Assembly: GCA_020353515.1 (NCBI GenBank)
Contig: CP070695.1
Span: forward strand, 821,057-885,056
From: Candidatus Heimdallarchaeota archaeon
GTDB lineage: Archaea; Asgardarchaeota; Heimdallarchaeia; Hodarchaeales; Hodarchaeaceae
Direction of reading: 5' to 3'
Length of the DNA stretch: 64,000 nucleotides
Shown: piece by piece, positions 38,604 to 48,791 of the stretch
How positions within the stretch are numbered: position 1 is the stretch's first letter
Layout of the letters: every line of letters starts with the position of its first letter
Notes under the pieces: generated by a model
The model's input: only the letters and a program-made list of their open reading frames with translations
What the model was told of the DNA's origin: nothing
The model's database searches: none
Program-made: the position numbers and the translations under genes

Positions 38604-39716
38604 ATGTACTCGAATTTTAACGAAAATTTGGCAAAACTAATCATTCAATATTCTGTTAATGTAAAGAAAAATGACCTTGTGTTAATTCAGGCTTCAATTA
38701 ACGCTGAGAACCTTGTCCGAGAGATATTTAAGGAAAGTATCCGAGTAGGCGCAAATATTTTAAGAATGAAATTCAGGTTTGATGGTCAGGACGAGATATT
38801 TTACAAATATGCTTCTGATGCTCAATTACAATACGTTGACGAGCTTGAAATTGAGTTATGGAAGAAAGCTAATGTACTAATAGCAATCGATTCTGACTAT
38901 AATACCCGGGAATTAACTAATGTCGCAGCAGATAAGAAAGTGATGCTAAGAGAGGCAAGGAAGGAAATCACAAAAATATATCTTGAACGAGCAGCTAAAA
39001 AGGAATTAAGATGGAATTTATCTCCTTATCCTTGTAATGCACATGCTCAAGAGGCACAAATGGGAGGAATGGAATACTTAGAATTTGTATATAAAGCACT
39101 GAATCTTCATCAAGAAGATCCTGTTAGTTTCTGGAAGGGCGTGGAAAAGAAACAGCAGAAAATAGTAGATATATTAAACAAGGGTTCAGAAATGCAGATA
39201 ATAGGTGAAGATACAGACTTAACTTTAGCGATTGAAAATCGAAAATGGGAGAATTGTTGTGGCCACGAGAATCTTCCGGATGGAGAAGTTTTTACGGGCC
39301 CACATGAAGATGGGGTTAATGGAACAATTCGGTTTACCTATCCAGGGATATATGAAGGCCAAGAGATCGAGGATATTCATTTAACGTTCAAGGAGGGAAA
39401 AGTAACAGATTTCAACGCAGTAAAAGGAAAAGAGCTTTTAGAAAAAATGTTAACTATTTCTAACGCGAATATTATTGGAGAACTAGCTGTAGGCACAAAT
39501 TTTGCAATAAATAAATTTACTAAGAACATGCTGTTCGACGAAAAAATGGGTGGTACCGTTCATCTTGCCCTAGGCTCTGGCTATCCTGAAACTGGTTCAA
39601 AAAATCAATCATCCATTCATTGGGACATTCTGAAAGAAATGAAGAGTGATGAATCAATAATATTTTTAGATGAAGAGATGATTTATAAAGCTGGAAAATG
39701 GTTAATCCCAAAATAA
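38604..39716 (+). CDS. M29-family aminopeptidase (AmpS/AmpT)
   Basis: NLPDGEVFTGP, GELAVG, LFDEKMGGTVHLALGSGY, SSIHWD. Confidence 0.92.
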   Translation: MYSNFNENLAKLIIQYSVNVKKNDLVLIQASINAENLVREIFKESIRVGANILRMKFRFDGQDEIFYKYASDAQLQYVDELEIELWKKANVLIAIDSDYNTRELTNVAADKKVMLREARKEITKIYLERAAKKELRWNLSPYPCNAHAQEAQMGGMEYLEFVYKALNLHQEDPVSFWKGVEKKQQKIVDILNKGSEMQIIGEDTDLTLAIENRKWENCCGHENLPDGEVFTGPHEDGVNGTIRFTYPGIYEGQEIEDIHLTFKEGKVTDFNAVKGKELLEKMLTISNANIIGELAVGTNFAINKFTKNMLFDEKMGGTVHLALGSGYPETGSKNQSSIHWDILKEMKSDESIIFLDEEMIYKAGKWLIPK

Positions 39717-39725
39717 TATCTATTA

Positions 39726-42026
39726 CTAAAGATGAATAACGTCACCACTTTGTAACGATTCAAGGGCAGCACGTGCGACTCGAAGAGCAGAAATACCATC
39801 AGAAATAGGAATAGGTACTTCTTCATCATTTAATATCGCTTTGGCAAATGCACCAACTTGATCAACAAAAAATGGTAATTGATCAAATTCTTCTAAAGTT
39901 GGTTCAAGTCCGTCTAATTCAGTATTTTTAACAGCAGGCTGTTTTGATGGATCAATCTGGATGGTTCCGTCCTCACCATAAACAAACATCTTTGTATTAT
40001 TTCCAACTTGGTCTCTGAGGTCTGCCTCGGCCCAGGAAGCTTCTATTGTAATCAATACCCCTGATTGAGATTGGAGAGTAATGACAACAGTATCCCATGT
40101 ATCAATCTCAGGATAAACAGAATTTGATCCAATTGCATAAACAGTTTTTATCGGATCATTTGGACCTAGAAACCATTGAACTAGATCAATATCGTGTATT
40201 GCTAGATCTACAGCTATCCCCCCACTTTTATCAATGTTCCAAAACCAATCTGCTACTGGTGGTCCTCTTCCCCTTCGGTGCGCATGAATGGAAACTATGG
40301 AACCAATCTCACCTTTATCTATTACCCTTTTTGTAGTAGAATAGTGAGACATAAACCGACATATCATTGCAACCATTAGTTTGACATTATTTTTCTTTAA
40401 TTCATGTTCAACTGCTTTTAACTCTTCTGGATGTAATAATATGGGTTTCTCACAAAGAATATGTTTTCCTGCATTTGCTGCAGCGACAATGTATTCTTTA
40501 TGAACGAAAGTTGGCACACAGATTGATACTGCTTGTAATTGAGGATCATTGAGAGCTTCAAGATAATCCTCGTAAATATTGGTTACCCCAAAAAATAATG
40601 CTGCTCCTTGAAGTGATACTGGATTTCGTGTAGCAAACGAGTGCAATTCTGTCCATGAGCAAGCAGAATAAGCAGCAGCATGAACTTGCCCGATCCCTCC
40701 CAATCCAATTACCCCTATTTTTAAGGGATTGTCGACTTTTGGAATACCTGAAATTAGTTCATACACTTTTGGAGAAGTCCTTGTAGAAAGCATTGTACCA
40801 ATGATTCGTTCCTTAATTCCGAGTTTAGTATTCAATATTTCTTCCATTTCTCTTAAAAATTTTCCAGCAATCAAAGATAACTCAATATAAGACAATTGAT
40901 GCCAATTAGGTAAACCAATTACATTTTCAGTAATTTTATCTGTAATAGGACAGCGGGAATCAGTATAGAACACTTCTTGTTCAAAAAAAGGACAAGTAAA
41001 TGGGCATTTACGGTTTCCATAACCCATTCTCTCCTTAAAGAGAGTAGAAGTGTAAAGACCAGCAGGATAAATTAACTGTGTTATCTGAAAGTCACGATTA
41101 AGACGATCAGCCAATTCTTTTCCCGTCATCCCAACTATTGATGGATCTATTTGTAGAGCATAAGCATGGAATACATGTTTTCCATTCTCTGGCATTTGAG
41201 GTAAGGCTACCCCTGGAATATCTTTTAATAATGAATTTAAATATAATGAGTTCTTAATTCGTCCATCATTCATCTGATCAAGTTTTTTTAGTTGTTCTAA
41301 GCCAATTGCTGCCTGTATGGTTGTCATACGATAATTATAACCTAATCTCTCATATGTGTACCAAGATGGTTCCCCATGATGTCTAACTAATCGGCATTGC
41401 TCAGCAAATTCGGGGTCATCAGTAACTATAATACCTCCCTCACCAGTCATCATATTTTTGGATTCAAAGAGACTAAAACATCCTGCCTTTCCAAATGTCC
41501 CTATTTTTTTCCCATCATATTCTGCTCCATGAGCTTGACATGCATCCTCAATCAAAACTAAGTTATGTTTTTCAGCAAACTCAAGAAGAGATGTTAAGTC
41601 CATTGGATAACCAAATAAATGTACAGGGATAATTGCTTTTGTTTGGTCAGTTACCTTATTCTTTAAGTCAGTAGGATCCATACAAAAGGTATTAGGGTCA
41701 ATGTCAACAAATACTGGAATAGCATTTTGATGTAGAACAGCTGTGGCTGTAGCAACAAATGTATAAGGTGGAATTAAGACTTCATCTCCAGCTCCAATTC
41801 CAGCAGCAGCTAAAGACACATGTAAAGCAGCCGTTCCTGAACTAACAGCAATAGCGTACTTAGCACCCATGTAATTAGCAAATGCTGTTTCAAACTCCTC
41901 TATTTCAGTACCACTCATGAAAGTTAAACGTTTATCACGCATAACACGCTTTACAGCCAAGATCTCTTCCCGTTCAACTTTTCGATCCATTGGGAATAGA
42001 TCTCGGGGTTTAATTTTACGGGTCAT
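39726..42026 (-). CDS. DegT/DnrJ/EryC1/StrS sugar aminotransferase fused to a Gfo/Idh/MocA oxidoreductase
   Basis: N-terminal: SSGTAALH, IEDACQAHGA, SLFESKNMMTGEGG, GYNYRM. C-terminal (from ~40735): IGVIGLGGIG, ILCEKP, SGGIAVDLAIHDID. Confidence 0.92.
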   Translation of the reverse strand: MTRKIKPRDLFPMDRKVEREEILAVKRVMRDKRLTFMSGTEIEEFETAFANYMGAKYAIAVSSGTAALHVSLAAAGIGAGDEVLIPPYTFVATATAVLHQNAIPVFVDIDPNTFCMDPTDLKNKVTDQTKAIIPVHLFGYPMDLTSLLEFAEKHNLVLIEDACQAHGAEYDGKKIGTFGKAGCFSLFESKNMMTGEGGIIVTDDPEFAEQCRLVRHHGEPSWYTYERLGYNYRMTTIQAAIGLEQLKKLDQMNDGRIKNSLYLNSLLKDIPGVALPQMPENGKHVFHAYALQIDPSIVGMTGKELADRLNRDFQITQLIYPAGLYTSTLFKERMGYGNRKCPFTCPFFEQEVFYTDSRCPITDKITENVIGLPNWHQLSYIELSLIAGKFLREMEEILNTKLGIKERIIGTMLSTRTSPKVYELISGIPKVDNPLKIGVIGLGGIGQVHAAAYSACSWTELHSFATRNPVSLQGAALFFGVTNIYEDYLEALNDPQLQAVSICVPTFVHKEYIVAAANAGKHILCEKPILLHPEELKAVEHELKKNNVKLMVAMICRFMSHYSTTKRVIDKGEIGSIVSIHAHRRGRGPPVADWFWNIDKSGGIAVDLAIHDIDLVQWFLGPNDPIKTVYAIGSNSVYPEIDTWDTVVITLQSQSGVLITIEASWAEADLRDQVGNNTKMFVYGEDGTIQIDPSKQPAVKNTELDGLEPTLEEFDQLPFFVDQVGAFAKAILNDEEVPIPISDGISALRVARAALESLQSGDVIHL

Positions 42027-42351
42027 AAGATTCTACAACTCTTTTCAGGTAATTACGGTTGAATCAGGTTTTGTCCAAAATGACTTTTTTAATTTAGAAT
42101 AGAAAAATAGTGAGAAACCAAAAAATTTTTTGTCTGAAAATATCCTCATCTTATCTGAAAAAAAAAGACGAAAGTTTATATATCATAATAAGGTGGAATT
42201 ATATAAGCCCAACTTCTGGAATGAAAGAGTAATTGTGCGAATGGAACAATTTAAGTCTCTAAAGTCTATCGAGATCGAAAATTAGAACATGTAGGATGAT
42301 TTTGCTTTTTTGTAAGGATTTGGGTTCTATTCGTCGTTAGAAGTGTAAAAA

Positions 42352-42867
42352 ATGTCTTATAGTTTTGATTCAGAAGAGACGCATGACGTCAAGATCGAAG
42401 ATGTCAAGCCTCTCGAAAAAAGATTGAATGTAGTTTTTCAAGTCACCAATGTTGGTGAAGAACGAGAAATAAATAAAAAATCAGGGGAAACACATAGAGT
42501 ATGTGATTTCACCGTTGCAGACGAGACCGCATCTATCACATTGACATTATGGAATGAAGATATTGATGCCATCTCGGTTGGAAAGGTTTACAAGCTCAGT
42601 AACGGATTTGCAAATGTTTTTCAAAATTCTCTTCGATTATCAAAAGGAAAATTCGGAGAAATCGGTGAGGACACAACAGTTTTTGATGATGTCAACCAAG
42701 ACAATAATAGATCTTCTGAACATGTAGAAGATCCCCGGAGGAGATCCTATAGACAACGTGGTGGTTATGGTGATAGAGGAGGTTATGGAGGAAGATCCTC
42801 TGGTTATGGTGATCGCGATCGTCGTAGAAGTTCAGATCGGGATCGGAGCTCACGATCTCGTTGGTGA
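42352..42867 (+). CDS. ssb: Single-stranded DNA-binding protein (single OB fold, crenarchaeal SSB/hSSB1-like) with RGG/RS-rich tail
   Basis: VADETASITLTLWNE...KLSNGFANVFQNSLRLSKGKFG; tail RGGYGDRGGYGGRSS...RDRSSRSRW. Confidence 0.88.
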   Translation: MSYSFDSEETHDVKIEDVKPLEKRLNVVFQVTNVGEEREINKKSGETHRVCDFTVADETASITLTLWNEDIDAISVGKVYKLSNGFANVFQNSLRLSKGKFGEIGEDTTVFDDVNQDNNRSSEHVEDPRRRSYRQRGGYGDRGGYGGRSSGYGDRDRRRSSDRDRSSRSRW

Positions 42868-42899
42868 ACTAAAAGTATCTTAGCTCCCTTTTAAGCCGT

Positions 42900-42929
42900 C
42901 ACTCGTATTATTCTTTTTTAATACGAGTG
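42900..42929. terminator. Perfect 11-bp hairpin between convergent genes
   Basis: CACTCGTATTA-ttcttttt-TAATACGAGTG, followed by a T-rich tract. Confidence 0.7.
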
Positions 42930-42955
42930 TTTATTTTCAATTCTAGAAGCCAAAA

Positions 42956-43768
42956 TTAGTATTTTTCATGGAATTGCTCTGCAGCAATTATTGCTCTTTT
43001 ACTGTCTACCTCTACTCTTTTCTGTGCCCAAAAGAGATCAATTCCTCCCGCTATAAGAGCAAAGATAAAGAAAAGCCATACTAAAGGATTAAATATTTCA
43101 TCTATTAAATCAACGATCATTTTCGACATGAGAATAATCAAGGAATATCCAAATGAAATGAAAATATAGCTCATCGTGTCAATATAAAGCCAATTTTTGA
43201 TCCATTCTACCCCAGCAAACTCAATGTACGCTCCTACAAAACAAGCAATAAACATGAGTCCCAAGCTATTTGAGGCAAGAAAAGCTAAGAAGGTGAAGAT
43301 TACTCGGGCAAATAAAAAATATTGATCTTTCCGGGTTTCGCCAAATTTCCATTCAAAAAAGAAAGTGGGTAGGATGAATAGTATTCCTGGAAGAAAAGCA
43401 AGCTCGGGAAGAACCATCACTTCTTTACCAATATTATAAGTAAAGATAGAGACCATGCCCCACGCGAAGCCCACATACGCCGAATAACCGTAATCTGGAT
43501 CCCAAGGATGATATTTCCACTTTCCAGAGCTTACACCCCAGTAATCAGTAATATAACCTACAGTTAGACCAAAAAAGAAGAAAAACCATTCATCCCACCC
43601 TGGTTGTGCAATTACTCCATAACAAACCATATATATTATCCCTAATACTAAACAAATCCAATCATTCTGAGTTTTATTATTCAACCATAATACAAAAGGA
43701 ACTCCCCCAATAAAGAAAATTAAGTTAAATAAGGGAATATAGGGAGCAAGTTGAGCGATTAGAACCAT
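42956..43768 (-). CDS. Integral membrane protein with internal duplication
   Basis: Two similar units (GYITDYWGVSSGKWKY / GAYIEFAGVEWIKNWLY); ~9-10 TM. Confidence 0.7.
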   Translation of the reverse strand: MVLIAQLAPYIPLFNLIFFIGGVPFVLWLNNKTQNDWICLVLGIIYMVCYGVIAQPGWDEWFFFFFGLTVGYITDYWGVSSGKWKYHPWDPDYGYSAYVGFAWGMVSIFTYNIGKEVMVLPELAFLPGILFILPTFFFEWKFGETRKDQYFLFARVIFTFLAFLASNSLGLMFIACFVGAYIEFAGVEWIKNWLYIDTMSYIFISFGYSLIILMSKMIVDLIDEIFNPLVWLFFIFALIAGGIDLFWAQKRVEVDSKRAIIAAEQFHEKY

Positions 43769-44041
43769 TAATAGATCACATCAAAGAATAATTTTGACAG
43801 TATTAGACTTTCCATTCATTTGGATGACAAATTACCTGTTTCAAAATCACTTCTAAGTCTTTTTCGTGTCTTGAGTTCGAGGTTATCTGAGAGAAAAACA
43901 TACCCTAAACAAATTTAAACTTACAAATTAAGAAAAGAGAAACCATGTTTTCTACGTAATTCCTTCTTTCAGAGAGTAGTCAATTTAAGTAAATAATAAA
44001 AAGATTACCTCAAAAAGAGTATTGATGATTTTTGCATTGTA

Positions 44042-44389
44042 GTGATAGAAATGGCGCGAGTAATCAACGAAAAGGAATTTGCAGACATTATTAAAGCAAA
44101 TACACAATCAAATTCATCCCGACCTTTAGTGGTAGATTGTTTTACTGATTGGTGTCCTCCATGTAAAGCAAGTGCTCCTATCTTTGAAAAATTCAGTCAG
44201 AAGTATACTGAAGCCGATTTCATAAAAATTAATGTAGATAAAAATCAGGGAGTAGCTGTTAAATTACGAATCCAGGGAGTCCCGACTTTTGCAATAATCA
44301 TTGGAAATAGATTAGTTTCGAAGATAGTGGGAGCAGATATGAGAAAATTAGAGAAAGAAATCCAAAAAGCTATCAATGGAAAAGAATAA
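44042..44389 (+). CDS. trxA: Thioredoxin
   Basis: VDCFTDWCPPCK; cis-Pro motif GVPTF. Confidence 0.9.
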   Translation: MIEMARVINEKEFADIIKANTQSNSSRPLVVDCFTDWCPPCKASAPIFEKFSQKYTEADFIKINVDKNQGVAVKLRIQGVPTFAIIIGNRLVSKIVGADMRKLEKEIQKAINGKE

Positions 44390-44637
44390 CTCTCTTCTTC
44401 CTTGAGGGGTAACTGGGATTAAGCTAAATTCCGAAAGGAGCCAATTGTACAATCAAACATAATTTCAAGTCTTCATGGATTTGAACAAGGAGGAGATAAA
44501 AAGGATTAATTTAGTTTTTTTCATTAATCGTTTTGATTTTTTTATTACATAGAAAAAAGACTTATGATTCAGTTATAAATAGTGGATTAGGAAGCAACTT
44601 TGATCTATTAGTAAATCATTATTTGAGGGCTATTTAT

Positions 44638-45531
44638 TTGGTTAAAGATTACTATGAAATACTTGGAGTCCCAAAAAACGCTTCAAAAAAAGATATTAAA
44701 AAAGCATACAGAAAACTAGCTTTGAAATATCATCCCGATCGTGCAAAAGAAAGTGGTATGAACCCAAAAGTAGCCGAAGAAAAGTTTAAAGAAATAGGAG
44801 AAGCATATTCAGTTCTTTCAGACACAGAAAAAAGGCAACAATATGATCAATTTGGACCCGAGGGATTTGCTCAGTTTGCTCGTGGAGGAGCGGGAGGATT
44901 CAGAATGGATATTGACCCATTTGAGATTTTTTCACAGTTTTTTGGTAGAGGCGGACCTAATGACTTTTTTTCAGCATTTGGAACTGGAGGTTCTCCGTTC
45001 TCAGGAAGAAGTGGTTTTAGAACCGCGATGAGACCACAAAGAGGTCAAGATCTCAAAATTGCCTTAAAACTTAAAATTTCAGAATTGGAGGGAAGAACTA
45101 CCTCTTTAAAGAAAACTATCAGTCTGAATCGCAAATATCAAGATGGTTCTACAAAAAAAGAGAAGATTAGGATTCCAATTCCTCCCAATATTAAAAATAG
45201 AAAGATTTTGAGAATAACTGGTAAGGGAAACCAAGGTAAAATGGGGGGGAGTGCTGGAGATTTACTAGTAGAAGTTTCTTTGATAGATGACGTTTTAGAG
45301 ATACCTGTTTCGGTCTTTTTAGCAATTCGTGGTTCAGATCTGACCATCAAAACACCTGCAGGTGAACAATTATCAGGTTATATACCTAAAAACACGAAAG
45401 AAAATACAATACTTACATTCATCAATAACGACAATGAAAATAAGAAAATAAGGGTGAAATACCAGTATCCGAGGAGTTTAACAAAAGAACAGGAAGACCT
45501 ATTATCAAAATTACATGAGCTCACAAAATGA
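44638..45531 (+). CDS. dnaJ: J-domain co-chaperone (DnaJ class B/CbpA-like, no Zn finger)
   Basis: [16 protein letters not shown]-rich region, C-terminal domain. Likely TTG start at 44638 after a GAGGG SD. Confidence 0.88.
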   Translation: MVKDYYEILGVPKNASKKDIKKAYRKLALKYHPDRAKESGMNPKVAEEKFKEIGEAYSVLSDTEKRQQYDQFGPEGFAQFARGGAGGFRMDIDPFEIFSQFFGRGGPNDFFSAFGTGGSPFSGRSGFRTAMRPQRGQDLKIALKLKISELEGRTTSLKKTISLNRKYQDGSTKKEKIRIPIPPNIKNRKILRITGKGNQGKMGGSAGDLLVEVSLIDDVLEIPVSVFLAIRGSDLTIKTPAGEQLSGYIPKNTKENTILTFINNDNENKKIRVKYQYPRSLTKEQEDLLSKLHELTK

Positions 45532-45876
45532 TCAATGATTTGTTATTTGTAAATCCTTTTTCTCCTTCATCTGAGCCCTGATGATAGTTTTCCTCCCAAT
45601 TCTTCTGAGAACATTTTCAATCCCTTCTTCCATTAACTGTTTCATCGAGTATTGAAATGTAGGTTTGATATTATAACCGTACTTTTGATCTATAAATAAT
45701 ATCAGGTATTTAACAGTAAAAGAACCTAAATCCATATCAATTGTTCGTGATAGAATCCCTGCAGCAAGTCCAGATTTATCTTGTGTGCTTTGATCACATA
45801 ATTCCTTGATTTTTTGCCATTGACCGAATGTTTCACCAATAATAGCCAATGACGTGACAAGTTTAGAAGAATTCAC
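45532..45876 (-). CDS. Hypothetical protein
   Basis: 114-aa ORF with GGTGA upstream, abutting the dnaJ stop. Confidence 0.6.
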   Translation of the reverse strand: MNSSKLVTSLAIIGETFGQWQKIKELCDQSTQDKSGLAAGILSRTIDMDLGSFTVKYLILFIDQKYGYNIKPTFQYSMKQLMEEGIENVLRRIGRKTIIRAQMKEKKDLQITNH

Positions 45877-46079
45877 TTCATCACCAATCTCTTTGATTTT
45901 TCTGTATTTACTAAATGATAATGTTTATAATTTCTTGTAGTGGAAATCATATAAATATTAATCATCAATAATTGATTTCCAAATATTTTTAATTTATCTT
46001 AAAATACTAATTCCAACATCGTTTAATAATAATGTATCTTATATAAACAAAACACAAATATCAATAGGAGCAAAGAAAC

Positions 46080-46361
46080 TTGGTTCGACTTGTGTTTAAG
46101 AATAGATCATTTACTGAAGGTAGAGAGGAAGCTGGTGACGCTGTACTAATCTTAGACGAGGCGACTCAATCAGGAAAATTGGAATACTCTCCTGATGCTG
46201 GTTTAATCTTACGTAGAACAGCACGTCGGCAAGCTGAGAGTATTTGTAGATCGGGATTTCAACTTGCAACAGGAAAAAGAATAGGAGCAGGATTCACTCT
46301 AACAGAAGATGAAGACAAAATTGATGACCGTCTACTCCAAGAAGGACACAAGTACCGTTAA
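46080..46361 (+). CDS. Probable Asgard proto-gelsolin (ProGel-like minimal gelsolin/cofilin fold)
   Basis: 93 aa. GLILRRTARRQAESICRSGF..TGKRIG.G..L...RLLQEGHKY resembles, from recall and not from a search, the Asgard single-domain ProGel helix and C-terminal motif. SD AGGAG upstream. Confidence 0.6.
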   Translation: MVRLVFKNRSFTEGREEAGDAVLILDEATQSGKLEYSPDAGLILRRTARRQAESICRSGFQLATGKRIGAGFTLTEDEDKIDDRLLQEGHKYR

Positions 46362-46388
46362 TCCCGATTAAAGTATAGGCAGACCTAG

Positions 46389-46928
46389 ATGCCAGCTAGC
46401 ACTTCGAAAATTGTTATGTGTGGAGACTACGGGGTTGGTAAAACAACTTTTGTTAAGTTGTTTTTAGGAGGTGAAATAGGAGGAGGGTATAAACCAACAA
46501 TTGGTGTGGATATTGGTCGCAAAATTTTCGATATCGATCGTAATAGGATTACCTTCCAAATTTGGGATCTTTCTGGACAAGAATCATTTCATTCAATTAG
46601 AAAACAATTTTATAGCAGAACTGATGGAGCAATTCTAATTTTTGATGTTTCCCGACGTACAACTTATCAAAACATTACTCGATGGACAGAAGAGTTGTTA
46701 GAAGAGACAGGAAAGATACCTATTGTGCTAGTAGGTAATAAGATCGATTTACGTGATGAGTTAACCGAATTTGTGACAACTGAAGAGGGTGAATTATTAT
46801 CTAAAGTCATTTCTAGTCAAACTGGTATCAAAACTCCATTTGTAGAAGCAAGTGCAATCAAACAACAAAAAAATCTCGAACCTTTTACAATGCTTGGAAA
46901 AACCATTCTGGAGCAAAAGGAGTCATAA
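46389..46928 (+). CDS. Rab/Ras-like small GTPase
   Basis: GDYGVGKT, PTIGVD, WDLSGQESF, GAILIFDVS, GNKID, EASA; no C-terminal Cys prenylation motif. Confidence 0.92.
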   Translation: MPASTSKIVMCGDYGVGKTTFVKLFLGGEIGGGYKPTIGVDIGRKIFDIDRNRITFQIWDLSGQESFHSIRKQFYSRTDGAILIFDVSRRTTYQNITRWTEELLEETGKIPIVLVGNKIDLRDELTEFVTTEEGELLSKVISSQTGIKTPFVEASAIKQQKNLEPFTMLGKTILEQKES

Positions 46929-46942
46929 TTTTTTCTTTTTTT
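46929..46942 (+). terminator. Oligo-T archaeal terminator
   Basis: ttttttcttttttt immediately after the GTPase stop. Confidence 0.5.
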
Positions 46943-47077
46943 GACTGATCTATCAATACCATCTGATAATGACAAAAAAGTCATCTTTTATTATTACGAT
47001 TAGAGTTCTAAACAATTTTAACAGGAAAATATATTTGAATTACAGCTTAAGTTTTTGATTAACGAAAAAAAAATTGT

Positions 47078-47980
47078 GTGATTAGCATTTCTCGAATTTT
47101 GATTCTTGCAGACATTCATGGGAATATTCAAGCTGTATCTAAATTACTTTCAATAATCAAGAAAGAACAGTGGTTAATAGATTTAATTCTAATAGCGGGG
47201 GATCTCCCAGAAACTACACCTATCAGTTTAATGCTACAATATATCCTTTCTCATGGTAATTTATCTAAAAGTAAGTATACAAAATGGGTTTATAAAGAAG
47301 GAGGGAGAAGAATATTTGTAAACAAGCAAATCAAGTCAGTTAAAGCCATTCTAGCTCTTTTAGCTTCACTAAAAGCTCCCATCGTTTATGTACCAGGTAA
47401 TGTGGATAGTTATGAAGCTCAAAAAGTACTTAAATCTTGGACAGCTTCAGAGGTTCATTTCTTAAATGCAAAAGTCCTCAAACTTGGATCCCTACAAATT
47501 TGGGGATTTGGAGGTACTGTATTTCCTCCTAAGAGACATAAAGAACCATTATGTGATATGGAATTTTCTCCAAATGATTTTTCATCCCAATTGAATCCAT
47601 TATTCAAAATAAGTACAGACACATCTTCCCGTACCTTTAATATCCTCCTTACACATGAACCTCCTGCTTTTTGCTATAAGACTGATGAGAGAACGATTAG
47701 TGGCGGATCTGATGAACTAACTAAGTTAATACAATATTTAAAACCGAATTTAGTGATATTTGGGCATTATCATGAATTTCCACTAATAAAAACACAAAAA
47801 GATATGATTTTTATTAATCCTGGACCATTAACACGATATTATTTCGCTTTAGTTGAAATTAAAGAGAATCTAGTTACAAAAAGTATCAAGAAAATGAACT
47901 CTGTCGCATGGGACTTCAAGAATATGATTTATTCAACTCGATTCCAACAATATAAAGAACTCAGATTTACAGAGTTCTAA
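47078..47980 (+). CDS. Calcineurin-like metallophosphoesterase
   Basis: ADIHGN, AGDL, PGNVD, THEPP, GHYHE, INPG. Confidence 0.88.
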   Translation: MISISRILILADIHGNIQAVSKLLSIIKKEQWLIDLILIAGDLPETTPISLMLQYILSHGNLSKSKYTKWVYKEGGRRIFVNKQIKSVKAILALLASLKAPIVYVPGNVDSYEAQKVLKSWTASEVHFLNAKVLKLGSLQIWGFGGTVFPPKRHKEPLCDMEFSPNDFSSQLNPLFKISTDTSSRTFNILLTHEPPAFCYKTDERTISGGSDELTKLIQYLKPNLVIFGHYHEFPLIKTQKDMIFINPGPLTRYYFALVEIKENLVTKSIKKMNSVAWDFKNMIYSTRFQQYKELRFTEF

Positions 47981-48002
47981 AAAAAGATAGATAGGGGTTA
48001 GG

Positions 48003-48791
48003 TTAAATCCGAACAGTTGTTTCCAACCGAATACCTTTCTTATCTATCGTCATAGGAACAGAAATTGGTAACAGGGTACTCTTCCAAGATTTCTGAACTG
48101 AGAAATTAATTGATATTTTTCCCCCACCAACTCTACCAAACGAGATATCAAATACGAAATCAGCTAAATGAGAAGCGAGAACTTCAATAGAGGAGCCATG
48201 CAGATTCTTTACCATAAGAATAAAGTGAATCCCTGATCCTCGTTGCCTTACAATGTGTTTCAGCGTTTCAATGGCAATAGATACGCTTTCCATGGAATTA
48301 CTACGGATCATTGAGGAAATTGTGTGTATACATGTACTCACATTATCATACTCAATAATTGTAGGTACAAAAACTCTTGAAAAATAACGTAACGAATCTT
48401 GAGCGTAATCGGAACCAAAATCCACACCAGGTAAAGATTGTAGACCAATGACAGCTCCTTCAGCAGCAATTCTAGCGGTAAAGGCGTCCATAAATTGCCA
48501 CTTTTCACCAGCTACCACAAAAGGTTGAATATTAAAATCATAGATTCCCATTTCTTCAATTATTTCGTGTGGTCTCCCATCGTATGATAAATAGACCACT
48601 TTTTCTGTTGCTTTTGATTTTAATGTTGAAAAAAGGATTTGCTGGGCAAATAATTCAAATTTTGTACCTGGTTCTCCCAATACTAGAATTACACTTTTAT
48701 CAGGGAGTCCAGGATTATCCTCTCCTCCTAAGAATAGGTCTAAAGATTTGACACCTGTACGAAGTATCTTATTCGTTTCCAAAGTCTTCAC
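48003..48791 (-). CDS. KaiC/RAD55-like RecA-fold protein with degenerate Walker motifs
   Basis: TGVKSLDLFLGG..GLP....LVLGEPGTKFELFAQQ; LADFVFD; IDKKGI. Confidence 0.8.
   Translation of the reverse strand: MKTLETNKILRTGVKSLDLFLGGEDNPGLPDKSVILVLGEPGTKFELFAQQILFSTLKSKATEKVVYLSYDGRPHEIIEEMGIYDFNIQPFVVAGEKWQFMDAFTARIAAEGAVIGLQSLPGVDFGSDYAQDSLRYFSRVFVPTIIEYDNVSTCIHTISSMIRSNSMESVSIAIETLKHIVRQRGSGIHFILMVKNLHGSSIEVLASHLADFVFDISFGRVGGGKISINFSVQKSWKSTLLPISVPMTIDKKGIRLETTVRI

Noticed and set aside
44533-44637. N-terminal 35-aa extension of DnaJ in the ORF track
   Set aside because: The J-domain begins at KDYY, and a TTG with an SD at 44638 is the more plausible start.
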